Below are positions 15,001 to 20,550 of a stretch of DNA of 64,000 nt, one piece after another. The DNA comes from an uncultured Bacillota bacterium. GTDB lineage: Bacteria > Bacillota_I > Bacilli_A > RF39 > UBA660. The stretch is taken from assembly GCA_947165005.1 (NCBI GenBank), contig CAMUYN010000003.1, positions 25,584-89,583 on the forward strand, read 5' to 3'. The notes beneath the pieces were generated by a model that worked only from the letters and a program-made list of their open reading frames with translations, did no database searches and had not been told where the DNA came from. Within the stretch, counting starts at the first letter, position 1. The number at the start of each line of letters is the position of its first letter. Position numbers and translations under genes: made by a program.

Positions 15001-15523
15001 CAAAAACTTTTCCTTCAACACTTCTTCCTGTTATTACTACAGGATCTACATTTATTTTTGATTTAGATTCATCTTCACTATTGATTTTAAATTCTGGAGT
15101 AATAGCCACACCATATGGAGCATTTTCTACTACAACAGTTATTACTGGATTATTCTTAGTAGTTGTTATTGTAATGTTTCTTCCATTATTGCTAACAACA
15201 GAATCTTTTATTTCTTTAAATCTTGCATATTTATTTTCACTATTAGTTAAACTTCCAGTTATTACTGCAACATCTTCACTTAATTTATTAATTTTTAATT
15301 TATATTTTATTTCATCATAGTTATTAGAAGAAACGCCGTCATCAACTCCATCTATAACAGAAGCATTTAATGATGTTGTTTTAGATAATACATTTTTTAT
15401 GTTTATTTTTTTAACAGAAGGATTTAGAATTGTAAATAATCCCGCAACAAAAACTAATAGCATTGCTATTATTAGTAAAGTAGTATATTTTTTTGTTTTG
15501 AGATTTCTTAGTTTATGATTCAT
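1..15523 (-). CDS. Giant (>5170 aa) secreted surface protein, 5' end at 15523, 3' end beyond window start; signal peptide, CnaB-like domain, >=12 Listeria-Bacteroides (Flg_new) repeats, LamG-like domain, two ALK-type glycine-rich domains, parallel beta-helix repeats
   Basis: ATG at 15523-15521 with GGAAGG RBS 9 nt upstream. N-terminus MNHKLRNLKTKKYTTLLIIAMLLVFVAGLF is a signal peptide. The frame has no stop through position 1: the ORF track shows no long minus-strand ORF with a stop in 1-15523, and I hand-translated the 5' kilobases, ~9480-9420, ~7620-7560, ~6300-6180 and the last 120 nt without meeting a stop. 480-bp tandem repeats between ~10500 and 13500 carry Flg_new motifs (e.g. TYNIEYNLDGGTL...EGYTFIGW). 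TGTYKLEVWGAQGG and YKLETWGAA glycine-rich modules lie at ~6650-5900 and ~4700-4300. N/S/T/G-rich beta-helix-like repeats fill 1-4200. Confidence 0.8.
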   Translation of the reverse strand, partial: MNHKLRNLKTKKYTTLLIIAMLLVFVAGLFTILNPSVKKINIKNVLSKTTSLNASVIDGVDDGVSSNNYDEIKYKLKINKLSEDVAVITGSLTNSENKYARFKEIKDSVVSNNGRNITITTTKNNPVITVVVENAPYGVAITPEFKINSEDESKSKINVDPVVITGRSVEGKVFDETGTMYKGLELSLSKDDKEIKRTYTKENGEYTFSLGDVDTYEVKLEEEKYQVVRYTEETTDENRRILNIVVREVEPFNAEIKKSISKLDLIVNGKKETFEYDEEPKVVRSVKNAKTIEGSIYYKINIKNTGEVKGTLTVLKDIIPDGLSFDENKNPGWKKDGKYLFYTAIEDKELGAYEKTSASLVLDIVKTNEARNYINTAITSGEDYKYVAYYLNNKIFREEYVSSLEKIENINPGIEDFDGWYTDKEYTNKYNFDNTVTKDIVLFGKIKNNKYTITFIDRNPNTGEEIIIGTKEVEEGNAIDIIDAPTYKGYTFKCYEANGTCYNDENVQEDLTLYAKYKINTYNIEYNLDGGTLPEDNPSTYTVSDEFTLNNPSKEGYTFIGWVGTDLTEETLNLQIKKGSVGDREYTACYAIKKSTLSIDPNGGTYLDNASVVTYEEDYGTIRQIAESVKRGYSFIRYDKTGGGVFLNNTFTFNDEDATLTAAYEINTYNILYNEITEEERNLLNNPTTYNVETNTFKLNNPDPRKDEHGNNLLDFLGWNDGNGNTSINVTIEKGSIDDRTYTAVWGENQDSYLITYDLDGGALELGKTNPTSYKRSTETFTLNNPSKEGYEFAGWSGTGITGTEEIVTISKGSAGVRNYVAHYTPITYNITYEGITTEERNLLNNPTTYNIESETITLNEPSTRKDEHGNNLEDFLGWNDGNGNISINVSIPKGSIGNRTYTAEWHENQDSYLITYDLDGGALEPGKTNPSSYKRSTATFTLNNPSKPGYAFAGWSGTEIDGTSLVVTISKGSAGVRNYVAHYTPITYNISYEGITTEERNLLKNPTTYNVETDTFTLNIPSTRKDEHGNDSEDFLGWNDGNGNTSTNVSIPKGSIGNKTYTAVWHENQNDYSITYDLDGGALEPGKTNPNSYKRSTATFTLNNPSKPGYNFTGWSGTGITGTSTEVTISKGSSGNRTYTANYEAITYNITYSGITTEERDLLKNPTTYNVETDTFTLNIPASRKDGQGLNLEDFAGWNDGNGNISINVSIPKGSIGNKTYTAEWHENQDSYPIAYDLDGGTLGEPNPSSYKRSTTTFTLNNPSKPGYTFAGWSGTGITGTSTTVTIPKGSAGVRNYVAHYTPITYNISYEGITTEERNLLKNPTTYNVETDTFTLNIPASRKDGQGLSIEDFAGWNDGNGNISINVSIPKGSIGDREYTAEWHDNEDVYNITYNLNDGVYEPGKTNPSTYMRKTETFTLNNPSKPGYNFTGWSGTGITGTSTEVTIPKGSSGNRSYVANFEKITYSINYSGLTQAEMVALNNPTTYDVETATFSISNPQREGYNFLGWSGTDIANKSTSVIVLKGSTGNRNYTANFEKIEYTISYTLNNGKVEQDNPTKYSVDSASITLNNPSKVGYNFIGWEGTDLVGNTNLVVTIPTGSTGHRSYTANYEPITYNLTYDYDGGSLDDGKTNPSTYNIETPDILLNNPSKEGYEFINYTIDNVIVTGIPTGSTGNKHLVAHYEISKYDVNFYNESALFTTEDVNWNSKATIPSSIPTKGHHIFLYWSEDGINEYDFNTLITEDKNLYAVYEEVISPMIEITPSLDNETNKTWVCGNSSTENCGVLVTLSSEHNEYELYYKIGDGALTLYTEPFKVYSNETITAVSKKSNIYSTDTNETIVNVDTISPTINNPGTGAASFNMTVSGTAQDAGSGVKKFTLYAREKSALIYDENLTYESPIFDGVKDHAENYDHTFYGVEQDTEYIVKIVAEDYVGNVSEREVEVRTNPYIARVVGKNGILWYTVDSDTKEIVVDQGREFLLFDSIQSAVNYCANVQCTIQTNPTIPVVNENIIVAADQDITIDLDGRGITSDASATFVNNGKLQIVDRNPRSDNTIGTVKNTVNKAIVNNGTFILGEGSSEVSDTFINPEMDRPIIEGKTAALEQNDEFHFYDGKLVADTLALINNGADAITQYSYNVIFITENYKNVAKLARVTDPQARIKSTYYAKLKDSGVDNAFDSSNSGTFEEEKEKMLSKIKQYGDYGFIYDAVNETIVNGNNSTSNTTAISYLKLDLTDEEEDKFLTFTTFADTYNSDSYGYISISETLSSTGTQIYRSTGNDINGNKIYKLTKGKAYYLYFGFVKGGGDINPIEIFKISNFNILGERQETSDFALLNDTNRYSFERQDDGSYKSTNPFLGGTYAHSYIIYDLRDQTEGFNILVNASISSLNNNDHGYVYVSNNENFLNYDSASSIKKFDMYGVVSNRTYTISLTPGELNYVHFCYYNYNGNHGGDDTFTINNVALTNAKGENILSQSTLLHNNNDTYYFNNIDYDLFTWKDSSSNHNNAILNGPILNSQSTGLLFDGNNDYGYVDTSNYNLNNYEESVYTEFSTTSTNNMVIYMGSSRERIVVGLSDGRIQVSNGVGSDAAWYNRPSNFNNGSKHSILTTYKEGNYEVYYDGTKLTKGGTWRITGATTNAYIGRAGSNGNYWNGTIYNIKVYNKEITPEEINNPDNIILNLDGSNSKIPTEASFISNNAGVANSTAHSYIMYDLTNVNEDKYLYVNATISSHSYNYGSVYVTDSTSVPSGTSGREIYVSGVKENQTGILRLQKNKVNYVHFLYTKSGSYNTESDKFFIKEIRYCNSLEDAYSINANNYSTISEIYFDNPVLNQEVDTIEILKQITLDSAIEVPEEKEVILDLNGFTLTSNKNDYVIKNNGNLKIIDGKFEENRKRNINYKTEQARLYNEAKNKYLADLTEYNEYAGLCENCEPSEEYIIDNSLRKEIPYSGHEETFNVGFTGTYKLEVWGAQGGSYSNSIYGGYGGYSVGTVELTAGDTLYINVGGAGKSVHGSNTTAQGGYNGGGNAVLYHGNGSQFDSGSGGGATHIATSQGILSELESDQSSILIVAGGGGGSSRWDYGEYGAGGSAGGYVGNNGGTTESNRYGTGGTQSSGGYYKYNPSLGKGSFGQGGQTESDISSRYLGGAGGGGYYGGGAAGTNYCTGGGGGSGYIGNQSLDNKAMYCYYCTEATDVNNDKDIFTISTKGSTEYIDSENCPNGFSSDPVSKCAKANDGYAKITFDITDEELEEMKKNLPKTYNVKTLPVFKDYLSEVDFDSSVDVDNIDIDSEVSYNNIVSEAVNGTITSTTSSILLNEEHATLNLSSGAINININSKYGIVNRGKLIIGEGAIINANNAGTIGIYNETNGDIVSSSGVINAIGNNSTGLYNRSNDPSISGIKVVTTPTDAKGIRNEAVADVTYTNINVTGAGEGFREYATGNTIISNSNISSTGNDSIYFTPQAFPLRFTINSSSLYGSVSLESSPRMVSINNSSLTTLYNSFGNVSINSSTLNYINNRGEAVINDSTLTGSGTIIFNEDGNYSRGGIEYVSKLLLKNSIVNSTATSNKDIVDNDYYMTVYNTRFNNVNGAKSTVFNNTKNYVTPYLNITGNTYIDSSFGTAINNNGVVTIGSDEKNVDTEYEFGYTGAQEVFTAPQTGTYKLETWGAAASDANGWSSGYKSIYRGGFGAYASGTITLNKGDKLYIHVGGHGSSGTYWNALRSYYGAYNGGGATTGYYNDWTVPGTGGGATDISLSSEDNTWYYDNGVVSSRRSTESYEQRIIVAGGGGSCYYTDNCYGGYQTTSTTLGYGDRNSGGGYYGGSSYTGGSSYVSSNLSNIIMKTGNEEMPDYSTSGLVKGNVGNGHAKITLLNGSSTVVSNTPTISSTNYGIVGSGRFNFYDGTISANTAINSDIENVPEGYDIYKSIDNSKEKIILVSNANSRPVADGEESYVAQINNSKYTTIQNAVDAANNGDEIDLLVDINQQNTINISDTKAVTIDYNGHIVKSYSDKYLFNNQGNLTITDSTNSLRKNSYYGDKYIYNEGTLTVSKLYIGNYDYSISILENNNGVVTLDKVKFDFGNDNNVSNKVAITNTESGTIIANESIFNLWYTNNMFNNKGTLTVKDSNVTSSAGKYFVYNFTSGTVTLDGNSYSVSGGIENYFLNSSGTATIKNMTTTFERIYNEGILTLESNTLPSGSLNSPGLLRIKSGTYSNSFTISGSGKIIDNTNNQYSLIIENGTINSKLNISATGITNIEGGTINVSNDIAINNSGSGIINLGIHDGNVDSKENTKPIINGKSYGIYTSNPALLVNFYDGIVSGQKAYNVSIDNVENGYSIHRDYDSVGDIESKYLTSEPVFRNITQGKSYTSVDELNTDLSNGTINNNDVIQALRNITITRSENPITIPSGLKITFDINNNIIDNNNNTMFIINGELDTIDSTNSNIVGKIDSTTGNIFVNNGTLNILSGTYVSEAGSTESEVVLNNSNLNISGGVFTKYYDKLGYRQTNSGTIVNNSGVAIITNGTFYSNSSFIESAYRRGTIDNADYIYSSSIFVNNSLGTLNVSGGTYDGIASRTWRDNDSSWRDYSTASKGELIYNYGTATISGIVSDNSHIGLNQGTLTLDDVTMENIINLNTGGTSGLHPNLINTGSLTISDSTFEIKASFVENNGGNISITNTTIDRTANGSGYRTDNDDLYGVKNSHLIRNKYNSNNDNSINISGSYLYNRGSGEVIENRGLLIIENSTIEAFNNAAINSYSSRVDVKKNSSIISDNGRAIYLSSSTFNLGESIEIDGAVSKTYPIIKGTTYGVYNSSSTINFYDGILMGKTDPTYGTITNLEVGYGRISGTSDDYKTNYLDKVYVIKNVTQSVGIEKKYYDLKSAFDEANSGDTLQMINDYNNLTIDEAAVVSNIVTFDLNGKTIRQSNDKLFVNNGELTIIDSSNGNTGEIIAISGTTAFDNNGTINLIDAKVSTNHGILLFKNNSNSTLVVKDEGIITSSTGSTLIDNSGTVDILNGAYLHNINAHVIINRNILNIVDLNNDNDQSTDSLFDAPWIHCENNGAANANASIRTVSGGTTNIYGGVYNNGQTYNSGTPTASKIVDNSGTTIIKNLDSYSYFVGENNGSLTIENSHFYNFEDEGIYSRYGTLNVKDTTFEITTTENHFDNFKIYSGYSTF

Positions 15524-15660
15524 CTACTTAACCTTCCATTATTATATAATATAATTATATAATAAATGTACTATTTTAATCAACAAAAATAGACTATTTT
15601 TTTATAAAAAAGGCATGTTTTTTTTAATATGGTATAATTAAATTGTAGGGAGGTAAAAAA

Positions 15661-16677
15661 ATGAAATATTTAGTAACAGGAGGAGCAGGTTTTATAGGAA
15701 GTAATTACATGCATTATGTTGTTGATAAATACAAAGAAGATTACTTTGTTTGTATTGATGCATTAACTTATGCAGGTAATTATAATAATATAAAAGATCT
15801 AGAAAATAGAGATAATTATAAATTTGTAAATGGTAATATTACTGATAGAGAATATATTTATAATTTATTTGAGAAAGAAAAATTCGATTGTGTAATTAAT
15901 TTTGCAGCAGAATCTCATGTGGATAACTCAATTAAAAATCCAGAAATATTTTTAAAAACTAATATTATTGGAACAGGAGTCTTAATGGATGCATGTATAA
16001 AATACGGTGTATCTAGATATCATCAAGTATCTACCGATGAAGTATATGGTGATTTGCCACTTGATAGACCTGATTTATTATTTACAGAAAAGACACCTAT
16101 TCACACATCTAGCCCTTATTCATCATCTAAGGCAAGTGCAGATTTACTTGTTATGGCATATCATAGGACATATGGTTTACCTGTAACTATTTCTAGATGC
16201 TCTAATAATTATGGACCATATCAATTTCCAGAAAAGCTAATACCAAAAACAATTTCTAAGGCACTAAATAATGAAAAAATACCAGTATATGGTAAAGGTG
16301 AAAATGTAAGAGATTGGATTCATGTAATTGATCATAATATTGGTGTAGACTTAATAGTTCATAATGGTAAAATTGGAGAAGTATATAATCTTGGTGGTCA
16401 TTCTGAAAGAAAAAATATTGAAATAGTAAACATTATTTTAAATCAAATGAATAAACCAACTAGTCTAATCGAATTTGTAGAAGATAGAAAAGGTCATGAT
16501 TTAAGATATGCAATTGATTCTTCTAAAGTAGAAAAAGAACTTGGATGGAAGAGAACATATTTTTTTGAAACAGGTATAAAAGAAACAATTGATTGGTACT
16601 TAAATAATGAAGAATGGATAAAGAATATAGAATCCGGAGAATATAAAAAAGCATATAAAAAAATACTTAAAAATTAA
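15661..16677 (+). CDS. rmlB: dTDP-glucose 4,6-dehydratase (NAD-dependent epimerase/dehydratase family)
   Basis: N-terminal GGAGFIGSNY Rossmann motif, STDEVYGD and YSSSK catalytic motifs, 338 aa. Upstream are an extended -10 (TGGTATAAT at ~15629) and a GGGAGG RBS. Confidence 0.85.
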   Translation: MKYLVTGGAGFIGSNYMHYVVDKYKEDYFVCIDALTYAGNYNNIKDLENRDNYKFVNGNITDREYIYNLFEKEKFDCVINFAAESHVDNSIKNPEIFLKTNIIGTGVLMDACIKYGVSRYHQVSTDEVYGDLPLDRPDLLFTEKTPIHTSSPYSSSKASADLLVMAYHRTYGLPVTISRCSNNYGPYQFPEKLIPKTISKALNNEKIPVYGKGENVRDWIHVIDHNIGVDLIVHNGKIGEVYNLGGHSERKNIEIVNIILNQMNKPTSLIEFVEDRKGHDLRYAIDSSKVEKELGWKRTYFFETGIKETIDWYLNNEEWIKNIESGEYKKAYKKILKN

Positions 16678-16693
16678 TTTAAGTATTTTTTTA

Positions 16694-16882
16694 TTATTCA
16701 TCTTTATCATCATCAAAATAGTAATCATCATCCTCTAAATCTTCTTCCTCAAAATTCCATGAATCATAATTACCCTTTTTCATTTCATCTTTCTGTTCTT
16801 CTGTTAATTCATTATTATCATTCATAAAAGAAAATAAACCAAATTTTTGATTATCTTTGTTTTTATCATTTTTATCAAACAT
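16694..16882 (-). CDS. Small highly acidic hypothetical protein (62 aa)
   Basis: ORF only; tightly spaced downstream of the deaminase gene on the same strand. Confidence 0.3.
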   Translation of the reverse strand: MFDKNDKNKDNQKFGLFSFMNDNNELTEEQKDEMKKGNYDSWNFEEEDLEDDDYYFDDDKDE

Positions 16883-16890
16883 AAATCCTC

Positions 16891-17358
16891 CTAATATTCT
16901 ATTTTATCTTCTTTATCCACATATTCTTCAAATACTTTGATAGCTTCTTCTCTATTTAATCCTTTTAAATCTAATATATCTTTATCATTCATATCAGACT
17001 TTATAAAATCATAAATATAATCATCTCTAAATCCAATATTTTCAGCATCTTCTTTAGTATTTGCGTAATAAACTTTTTTTATATTAGCCCATATAATTGC
17101 GGACAAACACATTGGGCATGGATAACAAGATGTATATAATTCACATCCACTTAAATCATAAGAATTAATCCTCTTACATGCTTTTCTTATTGCTTCAATC
17201 TCTGCATGAGCAGTCGGATCATTATTCTTAATGACCATATTAATTCCCTTACCAATTATTTTTCCATCTTTAACAATACACGCTCCAAATGGGCCACCAT
17301 ATTTTTTATCAAAATTATCATTGGATAAATCTATTGCAATATCCATAAATTCATTCAT
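16891..17358 (-). CDS. guaD: Guanine deaminase / CMP-dCMP-type zinc deaminase
   Basis: GGPFGACIVKDG, HAEIEAIRKA and CYPCPMCLSAI zinc-binding motifs. 155 aa, close in length and motif order to Bacillus GuaD. Confidence 0.8.
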   Translation of the reverse strand: MNEFMDIAIDLSNDNFDKKYGGPFGACIVKDGKIIGKGINMVIKNNDPTAHAEIEAIRKACKRINSYDLSGCELYTSCYPCPMCLSAIIWANIKKVYYANTKEDAENIGFRDDYIYDFIKSDMNDKDILDLKGLNREEAIKVFEEYVDKEDKIEY

Positions 17359-17360
17359 AT

Positions 17361-17933
17361 TTACTCCTTAAAACCTAAAAACTTTTTTAATCCCTCTGCA
17401 TTTTTTAAATCTTCTTTACTCATTCCAAAAGCACCAGGAGACACTAGTTTAACATACTTATCAAGAAATTCATCAAAAGATCCATCAAAATAATCCTGTG
17501 GAATAAAAAAAGTTCTTGAACCTCCAGTTACTCTATCCCCCGCCTGAACAAATGCTGAATATCCACCATAAAAATGTTTATTAAATTCATATCTTTCTAG
17601 ATACCAACCATGTAACATAGTACCACAAGAAATAGGTACTTTAAATGTTTTATATTTTGGATTTTTGCTTTGAATTGAATATTCGTGCATATCTTTAATA
17701 TAATCGTAAAAGTCACTATCAGATTTAATCCACGTTAATACTTTTCTAAGTATTTCTCCATCATAATTATGGTAATAAGATACAAATTCATAAACTCCAC
17801 CAACTTTTTCTATCTTATATTCATACTTATCATCAAGCATATCCTCAGTAGCCCAAGGATATGAATCAAATATAATCTCTTTAGCTTTTTCTAGATACTT
17901 ATTTATATCATACTTATATGGAAATTTACTCAT
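17361..17933 (-). CDS. Hypothetical protein (190 aa)
   Basis: ORF in an operon-like array with the deaminase; no recognisable motif. Confidence 0.5.
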   Translation of the reverse strand: MSKFPYKYDINKYLEKAKEIIFDSYPWATEDMLDDKYEYKIEKVGGVYEFVSYYHNYDGEILRKVLTWIKSDSDFYDYIKDMHEYSIQSKNPKYKTFKVPISCGTMLHGWYLERYEFNKHFYGGYSAFVQAGDRVTGGSRTFFIPQDYFDGSFDEFLDKYVKLVSPGAFGMSKEDLKNAEGLKKFLGFKE

Positions 17934-17941
17934 AATTACTC

Positions 17942-18607
17942 CTAATACTTTTTTGTTTCTGAATAACCTAGTATTATTTGATATTTACTATCCATTTTTT
18001 TAATTTTATTCTCTGTTATTAATTCTTTTTCTTTACCCATCTCTACATCAGATGCATCAGGATTCATTTTTGCTTCATCAAATTTATTTCTTAATTCAAA
18101 TTCCTCTAATAAATTTATAAAACGAATCTGTCTTTTTCTACTCCAAGGCACTACTGCATAATTAGATAATAAAATGCTTCTTGGCGTATTAAAACTGCTT
18201 AATAAATCGTATGTCTTTTCTATTGTTCCAAACTCAGTCTTTACTTCAAATGAAGGATCATCTTCCGGTACAAAATATGCATTTTTCTTTAAAACTGCTT
18301 CACCTTTCAATCTAGTTTCACAATATAAAGTAGCTTTATGTAATTCTATTTCATCATTAAAGCATAATCCTTCAGCATAAATTATCATACCTGTTTTAGT
18401 ATTTATTAAGATTGCTTCTATCCCTTTAAGATTAATAGTAATTTTATGATCACCTGCTGAAAGATAACTATCACCTTCAAAATCTTCTAAATATGCTTCT
18501 TCAAAACCTTGATTATTACACCATGTTAAAAAATCTTGCCATGACATAAAACTATATGGCAAATTATAAGATTTTCTTCTTTCATTTTCATAATCTAATC
18601 TATCCAT
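17942..18607 (-). CDS. Hypothetical protein (221 aa)
   Basis: ORF with AGGAG RBS and an upstream extended -10 TGGTATAAT; no recognisable motif. Confidence 0.5.
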   Translation of the reverse strand: MDRLDYENERRKSYNLPYSFMSWQDFLTWCNNQGFEEAYLEDFEGDSYLSAGDHKITINLKGIEAILINTKTGMIIYAEGLCFNDEIELHKATLYCETRLKGEAVLKKNAYFVPEDDPSFEVKTEFGTIEKTYDLLSSFNTPRSILLSNYAVVPWSRKRQIRFINLLEEFELRNKFDEAKMNPDASDVEMGKEKELITENKIKKMDSKYQIILGYSETKKY

Positions 18608-18670
18608 AAATACTCCTATAATAATTATACCATATAAAATAAAATTTTAAGTTTTATTTTAACAAAGCAT

Positions 18671-18702
18671 AAAAAATGGAGCCATAAGGCTCCTTCAGGG
18701 GG
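18671..18702 (-). terminator. Intrinsic terminator downstream of pnuC (CCCCCUGAA-GGAGCC-UUAU-GGCUCC-AUUUUUU)
   Basis: 6-bp GC stem followed by a U-tract on the minus strand. The same CCCCCTGAAGG-hairpin module recurs at 20649-20681 and in variant form at 23094-23127. Confidence 0.7.
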
Positions 18703-18814
18703 TCAATCCAAACTACTCTTCTTGCTTTTTAAAATTTGCTAAACCTTTTTATTTATTGACGTTCCCTATTACTTTGTTTTATTATTTTTTACTCATATTT
18801 AGATGATTTAGCAC

Positions 18815-19492
18815 CTAAATAGCACCTATTTTTTGTTTGTTCTTAATTCTTCTCCAGTTATATACTCCATATATATCATTTATAAGTAATAATACTGGAC
18901 ATAATAAAACTGGTATTAAATTACAATTTCCACTTATAACTGGAATACTCCATAACGTAATTAGGATAATATCATTAATAATAAATCCTATAAAACCATA
19001 TTCACTTCTTCTTGCTGTTAAATATGTTGCTATTATACTAGCTACTATACTAAATGTACTAACAAGTAGATTATTTGTATTAAATATTTTTAATAAATAA
19101 TAATATCCGGCAAACATAACTACTTGTGATAGTAATACTAATAGTAATTCTTTTTTAGTTATTTCTTTTATAATAACTGTATTAGTATTATCTTGATGTT
19201 TTAACCAGTTTATTAATCCTATTATCATCAATGGTAATGTACAACACATAGCGATAATTACTTCACCATAATATGAGTTACTATAAGATACATATGCATA
19301 AAAGAATGTACTTATTATTCCTATTATATAACAAGCATACTTACCTTTAGCTAAGAGTAATGCTGTCCAAAAATAAAGAAGTGTATACCCTAGATCTATC
19401 CATGTACCTTTAAATAAAAAAGTTAATACAAAAGCTGAAATAGTTCCAAGTATTAAAAATAATTTTTCAAAAATAGTCCAACCCTTAAACAT
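18815..19492 (-). CDS. pnuC: PnuC-family nicotinamide riboside / nucleoside transporter
   Basis: 225 aa, 7-8 predicted TM helices, Trp/Tyr-rich loops and the size typical of the PnuC family. Sits 12 nt downstream of the preceding ORF. Confidence 0.6.
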   Translation of the reverse strand: MFKGWTIFEKLFLILGTISAFVLTFLFKGTWIDLGYTLLYFWTALLLAKGKYACYIIGIISTFFYAYVSYSNSYYGEVIIAMCCTLPLMIIGLINWLKHQDNTNTVIIKEITKKELLLVLLSQVVMFAGYYYLLKIFNTNNLLVSTFSIVASIIATYLTARRSEYGFIGFIINDIILITLWSIPVISGNCNLIPVLLCPVLLLINDIYGVYNWRRIKNKQKIGAI

Positions 19493-19503
19493 ATTTACTC
19501 CTT

Positions 19504-20550
19504 TTAGAATGGTAATTTTCCTTCATAAACATAAATCCAAGAATAATTGTTACTTATATTAGTTAAATCATTATTAAGATTTACTTTTACCAAATCATCT
19601 TTTATTTGTTCAAATTGTTTATGTGATATAGTCTTCTCTATTATTTTATCTTCTCTAACTTCAAGTATTCCCATACCTGCCCAAAAGTCTACCATTGAAG
19701 ATGAATTAGAAGCAAGGTGTAGCCAAGCTTCTCCCCCAGCTCCTAGACCAAAAGATCCAAGAAGTGGTATAAGATTATCTTTTTCAAAATATTCTTTTCC
19801 TCTAAGTTCATAATCTATATCTAAAAATGCTTCATTTAATGTTCTAGAATTATATATAAATTTTTTTCTATCTTTGTCTGGTAAATTTGTTAAATCTTCC
19901 TTACCATTCCACATAATATTAGTCTCGGCTCTTTTAAGTCTAATTTCTTTTTCTTCTTCAGGAAGAGCATCAAATCTTGCTTTTACCTCAGGTAAGTATT
20001 CATTCATTTTTTTTAGTAGTTCATCCCTATCATAGAAATCTCTAGCTAGAACTATACTTAAATCAATAGGATAATTTACTTTACCATTAATATAATTAAT
20101 TAAATCTTTAAATGCTTTATTATATTTATCCATACCTTCTTGCGGCGTGTTATTCATATATGTTAATGCTACTTCTTCAGATTCAAATTCTATCTTAGTT
20201 CTTTTATCTTGAGTTTTTGCGATTGGTAAAACATATTCCATTAAATATTTAATTGTAAATATTTCTGCCCAGTCTGGTTCTGGATAAGTTGGAGCCCAAA
20301 AGTGTTTATATCCACCAAAGCAGAAACAAAATAGAAATTCTAAATTATTATTCAATATATTATCAACTTTTTCTTCAGTATATTTTTTAGCATCTTCAAA
20401 CTGTGCTTTACGAGACCATTTTCTTGAGAATAATCTATTTAATATACTATCTTTTAAATCTTTTCCTTCTAAAGGATTAGTTTCTATATTATTAAAATTT
20501 AATAATTCATTATTAATGTAATTATTAACTCTAGTTTCTAAATCGTTCAT
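19504..20550 (-). CDS. Hypothetical protein (348 aa) co-transcribed with pnuC
   Basis: ORF with AGGAG RBS. No motif recognised (contains FGGYKHFWAPTYPEPDW). Confidence 0.5.
   Translation of the reverse strand: MNDLETRVNNYINNELLNFNNIETNPLEGKDLKDSILNRLFSRKWSRKAQFEDAKKYTEEKVDNILNNNLEFLFCFCFGGYKHFWAPTYPEPDWAEIFTIKYLMEYVLPIAKTQDKRTKIEFESEEVALTYMNNTPQEGMDKYNKAFKDLINYINGKVNYPIDLSIVLARDFYDRDELLKKMNEYLPEVKARFDALPEEEKEIRLKRAETNIMWNGKEDLTNLPDKDRKKFIYNSRTLNEAFLDIDYELRGKEYFEKDNLIPLLGSFGLGAGGEAWLHLASNSSSMVDFWAGMGILEVREDKIIEKTISHKQFEQIKDDLVKVNLNNDLTNISNNYSWIYVYEGKLPF

Noticed and set aside
229-15320. Short ORFs in the six-frame track inside 1-15523 (229-411, 5466-5717, 6091-6318, 6591-6830, 11749-11952, 15081-15320)
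   Set aside because: They lie in alternative frames or antisense within the continuous giant minus-strand CDS. They are low-complexity translations of repeat DNA with no RBS or promoter support.
18608-18815. Possible second riboswitch between pnuC and the 221-aa gene
   Set aside because: The hairpin/U-tract lies immediately after the pnuC stop and before a separate extended -10 promoter (TGGTATAAT). It is more simply pnuC's terminator than a leader aptamer; no additional conserved structure was seen.
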